Below the pieces are notes generated by a model. The model had not been told where the DNA came from. It searched no databases and saw only the letters and a program-made list of their open reading frames with translations. This document shows, in pieces, positions 19,432 to 28,512 of a DNA stretch of 64,000 nucleotides; the stretch's first letter is position 1; the number at the start of each line of letters is the position of its first letter. Source of the stretch: Candidatus Firestoneibacteriota bacterium. Lineage in GTDB: Bacteria; Oederibacteriota; D2-FULL-39-29; JBBTED01. Location of the stretch: the NCBI GenBank assembly GCA_038042445.1, contig JBBTED010000059.1, forward strand, positions 20,972 through 84,971, given 5' to 3'. A program made the translations under genes and the position numbers.

Positions 19432-19778
19432 TGCCGAAATTGTGTGACAGGTGTTTTAAACCAATTACAAAGTCAATGCAAAGATATACTGTAAAAATAG
19501 AAGTGTATGCATCTGCCGATGAAAAACTTGCCATTACAAAAAAGGATTTGCAAAAAGATTTTCATAAAGAAATAAAAGATTTAATCAATATAATGAAAAA
19601 TATGAGCTCTGAAGAACTTATGGAAGATATATATGTAAAATTTATGTATAACCTATGTCCTAAATGCCATAGTTTATATGTTTCTGCCTTAAAAGAAGAA
19701 GTAAAAGATAAGATGTTATTTAAAAAAATATCTTATAAGCATTTAAATTCACAAATTCTTTCCGAAAATAAAAACTAA
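19431..19778 (+). CDS. Hypothetical protein, probably Zn-binding
   Basis: CDRC near the N-terminus and CPKC near the C-terminus; start overlaps the trxB stop. Confidence 0.7.
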   Translation: MPKLCDRCFKPITKSMQRYTVKIEVYASADEKLAITKKDLQKDFHKEIKDLINIMKNMSSEELMEDIYVKFMYNLCPKCHSLYVSALKEEVKDKMLFKKISYKHLNSQILSENKN

Positions 19779-19790
19779 AATAGTGTTCAC

Positions 19791-21386
19791 TTATTTTTCT
19801 TCATGTAATAATTCAAGAAATTTGTTAAATTCTTCTGCAGCTGTTAGACCTTCACCTATTTCTTCCAAACATAAACTTAATACGTAATGTGCTCTAATAT
19901 GCTTGGAGTTAATTTTTATTATTTCTTTGCATATATTTATCGTTTGTTGATATTCCTCCATTTTCCAGTAACAATAAGCCGTGGAATATTTTTTTTCTAG
20001 ATTATTAGGATCTATTTGCACTGATTTTTTAGCTAAACTTAATGCTTTTTCAAAATTGTGTTTTTCTAACTCTGTAATAATTGCAGTATAATAAGCGTCC
20101 GAAAACTGTGGGTCTTTTTTTATTGATTTAGATATATAAAAATCAGATTTTTTTAGTTTTTCTATTTTTCTATGTGCTATACTAATATTACGATATAAAT
20201 TAGCCATATTTGAATCTAACTTGATGGCTTTTTTCCAACTTAATATAGCTTTTTCATATTTTCCTCTATCATAGTATGTAATTCCTTGTTTGTTTAGTCC
20301 AGATGCTATTTCTTCTGCTTCTATCTTTTTTGGTTTTGCAACAAATAATGCAGATACAAGATATTTTTTTATTTTACTTATTTCAAAAAACTGCAATGTA
20401 CTATTATCTGTTTTTTTTCCATTTACATATGCAAAAACTATTTTCTCTCCTTTTTCTGCCCAAATTGGACAAGTGTCTGCAATAGAAAATTCAGTTAATG
20501 GTTTTCTAACTTTATTTCTAAAATTATAGACATATAAATTAAATTTACTTTGGAATAAAATCATTTTGTCATCAGGTGACCATACGGAAGGAGTATCATC
20601 GCATACGTAATCTTTTACTAAACATGTTTGCATGCTTCCATCACTATTTGTCAACCATAATTCTTTACTTTTATAAAATACTATTTTGGTTCCATCATTT
20701 GAAAACATAGGGTATTTAATATTAGAAGAATATTTTGTAAGTTGAGTAAATACAAAATTATTTGTTTCCAACTCTGATATTTTCCAGATATTGATATATC
20801 CATTTTTATTACTTGCAAAAATAATATACTTATTATCAGGAGACCATGATGGATGAGCATTAAAGCTTGTTTTTAATTTATCTGTTAGATTAATTTTGCT
20901 TTTATCCATAATATCAATTGTAAAAATATTTATATTTCTATTTTTATCTAAGTCAGTAAAAGCTATTTTATTACTATCGGGATTCCATGAAATAGGAAAA
21001 CTAATTAGATTTACAGATGTTAATTCCCATTCATCTTTGCCATCAGCAGTTACAATATTTAAACTGTATTTGCCATCAGTGCATCTAAAATATGCAATAT
21101 ATTCTCCATTTGGTGACCAATAAGGTAAAATACAATCTCCATATAAAATTTTGGTTAATCTTTTTTGATTATTACCTGTAGAGTCAATTTTATAAATTAA
21201 AGAATTTGATGTGGTTGAGGCAAATGAACTGAATACTATCCATTTTCCATCTGGTGAACATGATGGAGAAACACCATTAATGCGTATTAATCCTTTTGCT
21301 TTTGGAAGTGCGAATATATTCAAATAAATGATATAAAAAAGAATAGCCAAAAATATCGTAGTAATTATTAGTATAAGTTTTTTCAT
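19791..21386 (-). CDS. Membrane-anchored TolB-like (PD40) beta-propeller with C-terminal TPRs
   Basis: N-terminal TM helix, repeated (W)SPDG/WSPN motifs, helical TPR repeats at the C-terminus. Confidence 0.85.
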   Translation of the reverse strand: MKKLILIITTIFLAILFYIIYLNIFALPKAKGLIRINGVSPSCSPDGKWIVFSSFASTTSNSLIYKIDSTGNNQKRLTKILYGDCILPYWSPNGEYIAYFRCTDGKYSLNIVTADGKDEWELTSVNLISFPISWNPDSNKIAFTDLDKNRNINIFTIDIMDKSKINLTDKLKTSFNAHPSWSPDNKYIIFASNKNGYINIWKISELETNNFVFTQLTKYSSNIKYPMFSNDGTKIVFYKSKELWLTNSDGSMQTCLVKDYVCDDTPSVWSPDDKMILFQSKFNLYVYNFRNKVRKPLTEFSIADTCPIWAEKGEKIVFAYVNGKKTDNSTLQFFEISKIKKYLVSALFVAKPKKIEAEEIASGLNKQGITYYDRGKYEKAILSWKKAIKLDSNMANLYRNISIAHRKIEKLKKSDFYISKSIKKDPQFSDAYYTAIITELEKHNFEKALSLAKKSVQIDPNNLEKKYSTAYCYWKMEEYQQTINICKEIIKINSKHIRAHYVLSLCLEEIGEGLTAAEEFNKFLELLHEEK

Positions 21387-21497
21387 AAAATAGAAATATA
21401 ATAAATTCTATCATGCTAAATAGAACTTAAGCAATTGAATTAGTAATATTTTTTTGCTTTACTTTTATATTATGGGGAGAGTAGTATAAAGTAAAGT

Positions 21498-22205
21498 ATG
21501 AAGAAAATTCTATTTAGTATAGTTATTATAATTGGAATAACAATAACCAATATTAGTTATTCTGAAAAAGTAGTAGTTCCTACAATAATGCAAGAAATGA
21601 AACGTGATGAAGAATTGCGAAGAATTATGTTGATTGCCGAAAAAGGATTAGATAAATGGATAAAATGGTGTAGCGTAACAATTGCAAAATTTGATATTAA
21701 GCAATGCAAGAAAGAGAAAGAAGAATCCATTCATTTTTATGAATTCGGACCTATGAATACTGAAATTTATCAATTTGATAAAATGAAGAATAAATTAGAG
21801 GTGAAATTGTATTCCTACTCGCCAGATAAAACCAAAGTTTTACATATTAATAATGGAATATTTGTTAATAAAAAAGGAGAATTTGAGTTAGTTGGTGAAC
21901 CTGATTCTGCAGTGAGTTTTATCGATCTTAAAAAGGGAAAACATTATCATATATTATTTTATGGGACAATGGGCGGATTTAATGAAATGATTTGGATAGA
22001 TGCCAATAATTTTATAATTACTGCAAGTAGTTGGGATGAGTTTTCTCAAGGAAAGATTCACTATACCCCCATGTTATATTTTTTTAGCCTTTCCAAAAAT
22101 ATAATGATTCAATATAGACATCCTGGAATAAAAACTTCTACTGAAACATTTTTTTTAAATTGGCAACGATACTTTGAAGTAAAATTCCCAAACTTAAAGA
22201 GATAA
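21498..22205 (+). CDS. Exported hypothetical protein
   Basis: Signal peptide MKKILFSIVIII; a single YSPDK motif. Confidence 0.75.
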   Translation: MKKILFSIVIIIGITITNISYSEKVVVPTIMQEMKRDEELRRIMLIAEKGLDKWIKWCSVTIAKFDIKQCKKEKEESIHFYEFGPMNTEIYQFDKMKNKLEVKLYSYSPDKTKVLHINNGIFVNKKGEFELVGEPDSAVSFIDLKKGKHYHILFYGTMGGFNEMIWIDANNFIITASSWDEFSQGKIHYTPMLYFFSLSKNIMIQYRHPGIKTSTETFFLNWQRYFEVKFPNLKR

Positions 22206-22228
22206 ATAAGTAACATTAGTTTTTAAAT

Positions 22229-23284
22229 ATGAAAAAGTTCATAATAAAATTAATAATATTATTGCTGCTTAGTTCGCTTTTTAATTTACTTAATCCTGAA
22301 AATATAATGTGCAAACAAGAAACAAATGGAAATAAATACAAGATAGCATTTGTAATGGACAAAAATATATGGATAATGAATGACGATGGAAGTGAGAAAC
22401 GCCAAATAACAAAAACTAATGATGTGAGTATTTTATTTGGCTGGTTTCCTGATAACAAAAATTTGTTATATGGTGTCGAAAACATCAAAAGCACCATAGA
22501 AAATTGTAGCAATGGATATAAGTTATGGATATTAACAGTAGACGAAAATAAAGTAGTTAAACTCGCTCAGGAATTTAATGTATTTAAGATAAACTATTTT
22601 GATAATGAAATGGTTATATTTACTACTATAGATAGTCGTGTGTGGAGTATAAATATGAAAAAGCATCAAATAAAAAAAATATTTGATAAAAATGGAACAT
22701 TTCAAGATTTGTCGCCTGATAAAAAAAGGATATTATATATTGATTCTCCGGAAATTTCATCTGTTGAATCTAATGAAATTGAAATTGCTGATCCTGGTAT
22801 AGATATCTATTGGTTGGATATTTCCAACTTAAATGAAAAATTTTTAATAACTTCAACTTTTACTAATAATGCTCTGTGGTTATCAAATGATAAAATTATT
22901 TATTCTGAAATGAAAGGAATTTATACAGATTTATCTGTGGTAAGGATTGATACGGGTGAGCAACAGATATTAAAATTTAAAAATTTTCCTCTAACTAATT
23001 ATGATATAAAACTTTCCCCAAAACGGGATAAAATAATTGGTCTTTGGACAACTCAAGAGTATATCAGATATACACAAAAGGATTTTCTTTGGGTGGGAAA
23101 GTTAAAAACAAAAATTGGTAAGACAATAACAAGGGGAATAAAAAATTGTATAAATTATTGGCATTCAGATAATGAAAGAATCATATATGTTTCGGATAGA
23201 AATGGAATTTGGATTGTAGATTATGATGGTAAAAATTCAAAAAAACTTTCAGATAAAGGTGATTATCCCTGTTGCTCAAAATAA
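22229..23284 (+). CDS. Exported TolB-like beta-propeller protein
   Basis: Signal peptide; IWIMNDDGS.KRQIT, WFPD, LSPDKK, LSPK, WHSD. Confidence 0.8.
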   Translation: MKKFIIKLIILLLLSSLFNLLNPENIMCKQETNGNKYKIAFVMDKNIWIMNDDGSEKRQITKTNDVSILFGWFPDNKNLLYGVENIKSTIENCSNGYKLWILTVDENKVVKLAQEFNVFKINYFDNEMVIFTTIDSRVWSINMKKHQIKKIFDKNGTFQDLSPDKKRILYIDSPEISSVESNEIEIADPGIDIYWLDISNLNEKFLITSTFTNNALWLSNDKIIYSEMKGIYTDLSVVRIDTGEQQILKFKNFPLTNYDIKLSPKRDKIIGLWTTQEYIRYTQKDFLWVGKLKTKIGKTITRGIKNCINYWHSDNERIIYVSDRNGIWIVDYDGKNSKKLSDKGDYPCCSK

Positions 23285-23288
23285 TTAA

Positions 23289-24245
23289 ATGCAAAAAATA
23301 TTTATATATATAATAATATTCTTAATTATAGGGTTTTCTATACCAATTAATATAGTGAGTGCACAATACGATAATATTTATAAGATAAATCATATTATTA
23401 ATAGTTTAGATAACCATCTTTTTTCTACATATTATTATCTTCAGGTTGAAACAGCAAGTAATTTAGGGAAATCAGTTATGCCAATATTAATAAAATCTTT
23501 AGCCGATGAAAGGTATAATATCAGATGTTTTGCAGCAGATGTTTTAGGAAACATAAGGATGAGAGATAAGATTGCAATTCCATATTTAGTTGAAGCATCT
23601 ACGGATAAACATCCAATGGTGAGACAAAGTGTTGGTATTGCTTTAACAAAATATCTTGATTTGAATAATCAAGAAGTAATTGCTTCGTTAAAAAAATTAT
23701 TACAAGATAATGTATGGGAAGTTCGGACAGGTGTTCTTAACTCGTTAGGAGTTAAGAAAATCAAAATATTTATGCCAGAAATAATAAAAATGTTAAGTGA
23801 TGAACATGAATGGGTTCGTGTATCTGCTATAGATGCATTAGAAAAAGCAAAAGATATTCAAGTAATGCAATTTTTGCGAAAATTATTTGATGATCCACAA
23901 GAATTTGTTAAAGTTAGAGCATATCATGTAGCCGCAAAGATGGATAAATCAATAATAGAAGAATGTTTAATTGAGTTAAAAAATGATGATACAAATATTA
24001 GAAAATTTGCAATTAAGAAACTTGGTTGGATAGCAGATAAAAATACGATAAATAATTTAGTAGAGCTAATATCCGAAGTAGATATAGAAGAACAAGGTTT
24101 AATAGCTCTTTCTTTGTCAGAAATATGCTGGGAAAATCCAGGATTAATAGGTGAAATAAAACATTTATGTAATAGTTCAAATAATAAGATTAAGAAAGTA
24201 GCCGAAATGATACTTTATTATATAGAACAAAGCGTATATGACTAA
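23289..24245 (+). CDS. Exported HEAT-repeat protein
   Basis: Signal/TM segment; repeated L.D....VR..A..AL units. Confidence 0.85.
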   Translation: MQKIFIYIIIFLIIGFSIPINIVSAQYDNIYKINHIINSLDNHLFSTYYYLQVETASNLGKSVMPILIKSLADERYNIRCFAADVLGNIRMRDKIAIPYLVEASTDKHPMVRQSVGIALTKYLDLNNQEVIASLKKLLQDNVWEVRTGVLNSLGVKKIKIFMPEIIKMLSDEHEWVRVSAIDALEKAKDIQVMQFLRKLFDDPQEFVKVRAYHVAAKMDKSIIEECLIELKNDDTNIRKFAIKKLGWIADKNTINNLVELISEVDIEEQGLIALSLSEICWENPGLIGEIKHLCNSSNNKIKKVAEMILYYIEQSVYD

Positions 24246-24323
24246 TAGATAATTTTATAAATAAAATTTTTAAAAAACAGTCTTTTGAGTAAAAAAACAT
24301 TGACTGTTATCATATGGGGCAAC

Positions 24324-25397
24324 ATGATAATGAGAACATTTAAAAAGGTTTTGTTGGCGATAATGTTGACTGTTTTATTTGTTGCATTTGTAAATAGTGA
24401 TGAGACGTTGTGGAATAAGTTAAATGAAGAAATTGGTGTGCTTTATGAAAAAGGTCAATATTCAGAAGCAGTTAAAGTGTCCGAAGAATCTTTAAGGGTT
24501 GCAGAAAAAACATTTGGCTCTAGTCATTCTAATGTAGCAGAATCACTCAATAATCTTGCATTGCTTTATGAGAAATTGGGAAAATATACAGAAGCAGAGC
24601 CACTTTATAAAAGAGCATTAAAAATATATGAAGAGGTTTTAGGTCCAAATCATGAAGATGTTGCAACATGTTTAAATAATTTGGGAGGACTTTATTATAT
24701 TCAGGGTAAATATGTTGAAGCAGAACAATTTTTAAAAAGAGCATTGACTATATTGGGAAAATCTTCAAAAAAGAATGTCGATAATGTAGCAAGCTCTTTG
24801 AATACTTTAGCTGCTGTTTATAGCGGACAAAAGAAGTATGTCGAGGCAGAGTTACTTTGTAAACGGGGATTGGAAATTTTTGAAAAGACTTTACCTCCAG
24901 ATCATTCATATGTAGCGGTATTACTTAATAATTTAGCTATAATTTATAAAATGGAAGGCAAATATAAAGAAGCTGAACCTATTTATAAAAGAGTATTGTT
25001 GATATTAGAGAAAACTCTTGAACCTGAACATCCTGATATTGCAGCATTTCAGAATAATTTAGCTGCGTTTTACAAAATACAAGGAAAGTATACTGAGGCT
25101 GAGGTTTATTGCAAACGAGCATTAAGAATATATGAAAAAACTTTAGGTCTAAATCATCCAAATGTGGCGGCATTTTCAAATAATTTGGCAGAAATTTATC
25201 GAGTTTTAGGTAGATATAAAGAAGCCGAGCCTCTTTATAAAAGGGCATTGGCGATTTGGAAAAAAAATCTTGTTCCCAATCATCCTGATATAATACAAAT
25301 TTTGGACCATATGATAGAAATGTACAAAATGATGGGTAAAAATGGTGAAGCAAAAAAAATGCAACAGTATTTAGAAGAAATTACTTCAGAGAAATAA
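24324..25397 (+). CDS. Exported TPR protein (kinesin-light-chain-like 42-aa repeats)
   Basis: Repeats of H..VA..LNNLA..Y...GKY.EAEPLYKRAL.I.EK; signal peptide. Start uncertain (24285, 24324 or 24330). Confidence 0.88.
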   Translation: MIMRTFKKVLLAIMLTVLFVAFVNSDETLWNKLNEEIGVLYEKGQYSEAVKVSEESLRVAEKTFGSSHSNVAESLNNLALLYEKLGKYTEAEPLYKRALKIYEEVLGPNHEDVATCLNNLGGLYYIQGKYVEAEQFLKRALTILGKSSKKNVDNVASSLNTLAAVYSGQKKYVEAELLCKRGLEIFEKTLPPDHSYVAVLLNNLAIIYKMEGKYKEAEPIYKRVLLILEKTLEPEHPDIAAFQNNLAAFYKIQGKYTEAEVYCKRALRIYEKTLGLNHPNVAAFSNNLAEIYRVLGRYKEAEPLYKRALAIWKKNLVPNHPDIIQILDHMIEMYKMMGKNGEAKKMQQYLEEITSEK

Positions 25398-25549
25398 CAA
25401 AATTTCCATAAGTATTCATTTTTATCTCTTATTTTTCTTAAAAAGCTATCAGAAATATTAACATTTCAAGATACTAATTGCCAATATGCTTAAAATTAAA
25501 AATGATTGTATTGTGATTATAGATTAGATATAATTATATAAAAAATTAT

Positions 25550-25572
25550 TGTAGTTGCTCAATTTATTGAGC
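25550..25572 (+). repeat. GTAG-type REP variant
   Basis: tGTAGtt-GCTCAA-TTTA-TTGAGC. Confidence 0.65.
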
Positions 25573-25612
25573 ATATTTTTATAAATGAATTAGGTGTATA
25601 TGGAGGTGATAG

Positions 25613-25756
25613 ATGATGAAACAGAAAGGGTTGTTATTGGCGTATGTTATAGCAGCGGTATTGCTTGCACATTTAATTCTTGTGGTTGGATGTGGAAGAA
25701 ATCCATTGCTTAGTGCTTTAGGTTCTAGCTTTAATGTAGGAGTTGGAAGGTTGTAA
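25613..25756 (+). CDS. Small lipoprotein precursor (47 aa), not in the ORF track
   Basis: SD GGAGGTG; MMKQKGLLLAYVIAAVLLAHLILVVG|CGRNPLLSALGSSFNVGVGRL* with a VVGC lipobox. Confidence 0.65.
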   Translation: MMKQKGLLLAYVIAAVLLAHLILVVGCGRNPLLSALGSSFNVGVGRL

Positions 25757-25832
25757 ATGTTTATGTGCATAAGTGCATAGGTTAAATTTGTAATTGCTAG
25801 GATAAATTTGGATAGGATAAGAGGAGGGTAAA

Positions 25833-26852
25833 ATGATAAATAAAGTGAAAAATATATTTAAAATAACAATTTTGGTAGAGTGTGTAGTTTTAGCGGTTTT
25901 AATGGGGATGAAACATTTTAGTCCTAATATAGTTGATGCAATACAGTGGTTAGCACATAATAGTTCTGCACCTGAATCTTTTATTGTAACTGTACAAAAT
26001 ATAGAGTTGCAGAAAGAGGATGGAACTAATGTTTCTGTATGGAGTGGTTCAGAGGATGTAGATATAGCAAAAGTAACTTCTCTTGCGGATGTAACAGCAT
26101 TTAAAGGAGATATTCCTCCTGGAAAATACAAAAAATTCTTTTTAACAATATCTAGCAAATACAAAGTTAAAGGTAGTGTGGTTCTAAATGGAACTACATA
26201 TTACACTAAGATTGCTCATACAGGTTATACAATAGCTCCAGCAGAATTAGAAGAAGTAGGAATACTTGGACAGAATATGCCTCAACAAAGAATTGAAAGA
26301 GTTTTTGATCCTGTAGCTCAACTTGGTGGTTCTATTTCTGAAGCACATATTCTTGTTGATATATCTAATTTCCTTACTTATTATGATGGGAACGAGCAAA
26401 CAAGTAATGAATTTAATTTTGGAAGTTATAAGCCCACAGCAGGTATGTATTTATGGAGTTATTTGCCTTATGCACTTACAATTGGTAAGCCAGCTATAAA
26501 GGAAATATATGAGTATACTAGTTCAACAACAATAGGCACAGGACTTTTAACTATTATTTATGATAGCGATAATAATCCTATAGATGCAATGGCAAGACCA
26601 CTTTATACAAATAATTCTGGTACTCAATTTAAACTTTTCCCTTCTGAAGCAGGTGTAATTACTGGTAGTAATTTACAAAAAAATTCTGATGGAACATTGA
26701 GACTTCAGATGAATCCTGCTCCAACTGATACTAGTGATACAATGGGTTTTGGTACTATAGTTATGTCTAATTTCCAAAGAATCAGTCATACAGGTAGTTA
26801 TACATCTACAAGACAAGGAAATGGAACATATACAGCTACAAGAATTCAATAA
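25833..26852 (+). CDS. Exported beta-rich protein, DUF4382-like
   Basis: SD GAGGAGG; N-terminal hydrophobic stretch; VTVQNIEL...W...VDI...IPPGKY pattern. Confidence 0.6.
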   Translation: MINKVKNIFKITILVECVVLAVLMGMKHFSPNIVDAIQWLAHNSSAPESFIVTVQNIELQKEDGTNVSVWSGSEDVDIAKVTSLADVTAFKGDIPPGKYKKFFLTISSKYKVKGSVVLNGTTYYTKIAHTGYTIAPAELEEVGILGQNMPQQRIERVFDPVAQLGGSISEAHILVDISNFLTYYDGNEQTSNEFNFGSYKPTAGMYLWSYLPYALTIGKPAIKEIYEYTSSTTIGTGLLTIIYDSDNNPIDAMARPLYTNNSGTQFKLFPSEAGVITGSNLQKNSDGTLRLQMNPAPTDTSDTMGFGTIVMSNFQRISHTGSYTSTRQGNGTYTATRIQ

Positions 26853-26917
26853 ACAATTAAAACAAAAAGTATAGTTGCATATAGATTAGTTACTATAATA
26901 AAGGGGAGGTATAGAAA

Positions 26918-27478
26918 ATGAAGAAATATTTTTTGTATATAATGACTATAATTTTAGGAGTAACGACACTTGCACAAGCAGAAATATTTTCAGTGGATAC
27001 GCGTATTGGGGAGTATTGGGTTGGTTCATTTGTAAATTATCGTACATCACGTGTAACATTAGGTTTGCCATTTTTAGTTTCAGGAAGAATAGTCAATGGA
27101 GTATATAATGGTTTGGGTTTTAAGGGAGAGCTTAACAATTATAGAATAGGACTCCAGGGAGTTTATGATATAAGCGTGCCTGAGACAGGATTTTCTATAA
27201 AACCATTTGTAGGGTTTAGTTTAAGTAGTTCAGATACTGTTTCAAATTCAATATCATTTGATTGTGGTTCTGATGCAAAGTTTGATTTAATAGGATGGTT
27301 AGCAGGCGCTGCAGGAGCAGAGGCAACAATATTTAGTGATTCATATATGTTAGATTACTATGCAGGACCTTCATTTCCAATAATTGAATATATAACACTG
27401 GATGTGTTATATACAGGTTTATTGACAAATAATAATCACAAAACAGGTTTTGCCGGCAGAGTGACCTTTCAATTTTGA
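26918..27478 (+). CDS. Small outer-membrane beta-barrel protein
   Basis: Signal peptide ending AQA, amphipathic beta strands, C-terminal GRVTFQF. Confidence 0.7.
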   Translation: MKKYFLYIMTIILGVTTLAQAEIFSVDTRIGEYWVGSFVNYRTSRVTLGLPFLVSGRIVNGVYNGLGFKGELNNYRIGLQGVYDISVPETGFSIKPFVGFSLSSSDTVSNSISFDCGSDAKFDLIGWLAGAAGAEATIFSDSYMLDYYAGPSFPIIEYITLDVLYTGLLTNNNHKTGFAGRVTFQF

Positions 27479-27493
27479 GGAGGTTGATGTTAG

Positions 27494-28423
27494 GTGGAAA
27501 ATTTATCTGAAATTTCCAGAAGAAAATTCATAAGAAATATGGCTGCGGGTAGTTTAGTATTATTAGCATCTAAAGCAATAAAAGTTAAAGAAGTTTTTGG
27601 CAAAAGTGATATATCTACGATACCTACGATTGTTGCAGCAAATAGTCCAAATCCAGGTTTTGCGACAAAGGCATGTATAAAAGAACTTGGTGGTATGTCA
27701 AAGTTTGTTAAAAAAAATGATGTGGTTGTGATTAAGCCAAATATTGCTTTTGACCGTAGACCTGAGCAGGCTGCTACTACAAATCCTGATGTAATTGCTG
27801 CTTTAATACAAGAATGTTTAAATGCGGGAGCCAAAACTGTTAAAGTTTTTGATAGGACTTGTAATGATGCAAGACGTACTTATGAGACAAGTGGTATTTC
27901 AAAGGTAAGTCGGAAACTTGGAGCAGATGTTCATTATGTAAATGAAGGCAAATTTCATGATGTAAAAATACCGGGTGGTGTGGCATTTAAATCCTGGCCT
28001 GTTTATGATGAAGCAAGGGAATGCGATGTGTTTATCAATGTTCCAATACTTAAACAGCATGCAGTAGCAAAAGTTACAATGGGATTTAAAAACTTGATGG
28101 GAATAGCAGGTGGAAATCGTGGAATATGGCATAGGAATATAAACAATTCTATTGTAGATTTAAATTCTGTAGTTAAAGTGCATTTGACTGTATTAGATGC
28201 TTATAGAGTTTTAATAAATCATGGGCCTACAGGCGGTAGATTAGAAGATGTTAAACTATTTAATAAAATAGTAATAGGTACGGATAGGGTGGCAGTAGAT
28301 GTGTATGGAGCAAAACTTTTTGGTATTTCCGCGTCAGAATTACCATTTATTAAGCAGGCTTCAGAAGTTGGATTAGGTGAAGCAAATTTAGAAAAGGTAT
28401 CAATTAAAGAAATAAATGTTTAA
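27494..28423 (+). CDS. DUF362 family protein, Tat-exported
   Basis: SRRKFI Tat motif; VVIKPN, ATTNP, P.LKQH, KNLMG. Confidence 0.9.
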   Translation: MENLSEISRRKFIRNMAAGSLVLLASKAIKVKEVFGKSDISTIPTIVAANSPNPGFATKACIKELGGMSKFVKKNDVVVIKPNIAFDRRPEQAATTNPDVIAALIQECLNAGAKTVKVFDRTCNDARRTYETSGISKVSRKLGADVHYVNEGKFHDVKIPGGVAFKSWPVYDEARECDVFINVPILKQHAVAKVTMGFKNLMGIAGGNRGIWHRNINNSIVDLNSVVKVHLTVLDAYRVLINHGPTGGRLEDVKLFNKIVIGTDRVAVDVYGAKLFGISASELPFIKQASEVGLGEANLEKVSIKEINV

Positions 28424-28443
28424 TACAAATGTATTAAGTTGTT

Positions 28444-28464
28444 TGTAGTTGCCGATTTATCGGC
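28444..28464 (+). repeat. GTAG-type REP
   Basis: tGTAGttGCCGA-TTTA-TCGGC, identical to 50081-50101 and to the reverse complement of 60982-61002. Confidence 0.85.
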
Positions 28465-28512
28465 TTTTTAATTCTGTCTGCCTATGCGGACAATTGCAAT
28501 AGTCAAAGAATT

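Noticed and set aside
24324..25397. Internal DNA repeats in the TPR gene
   Set aside because: They are fully explained by the 42-aa protein repeat.
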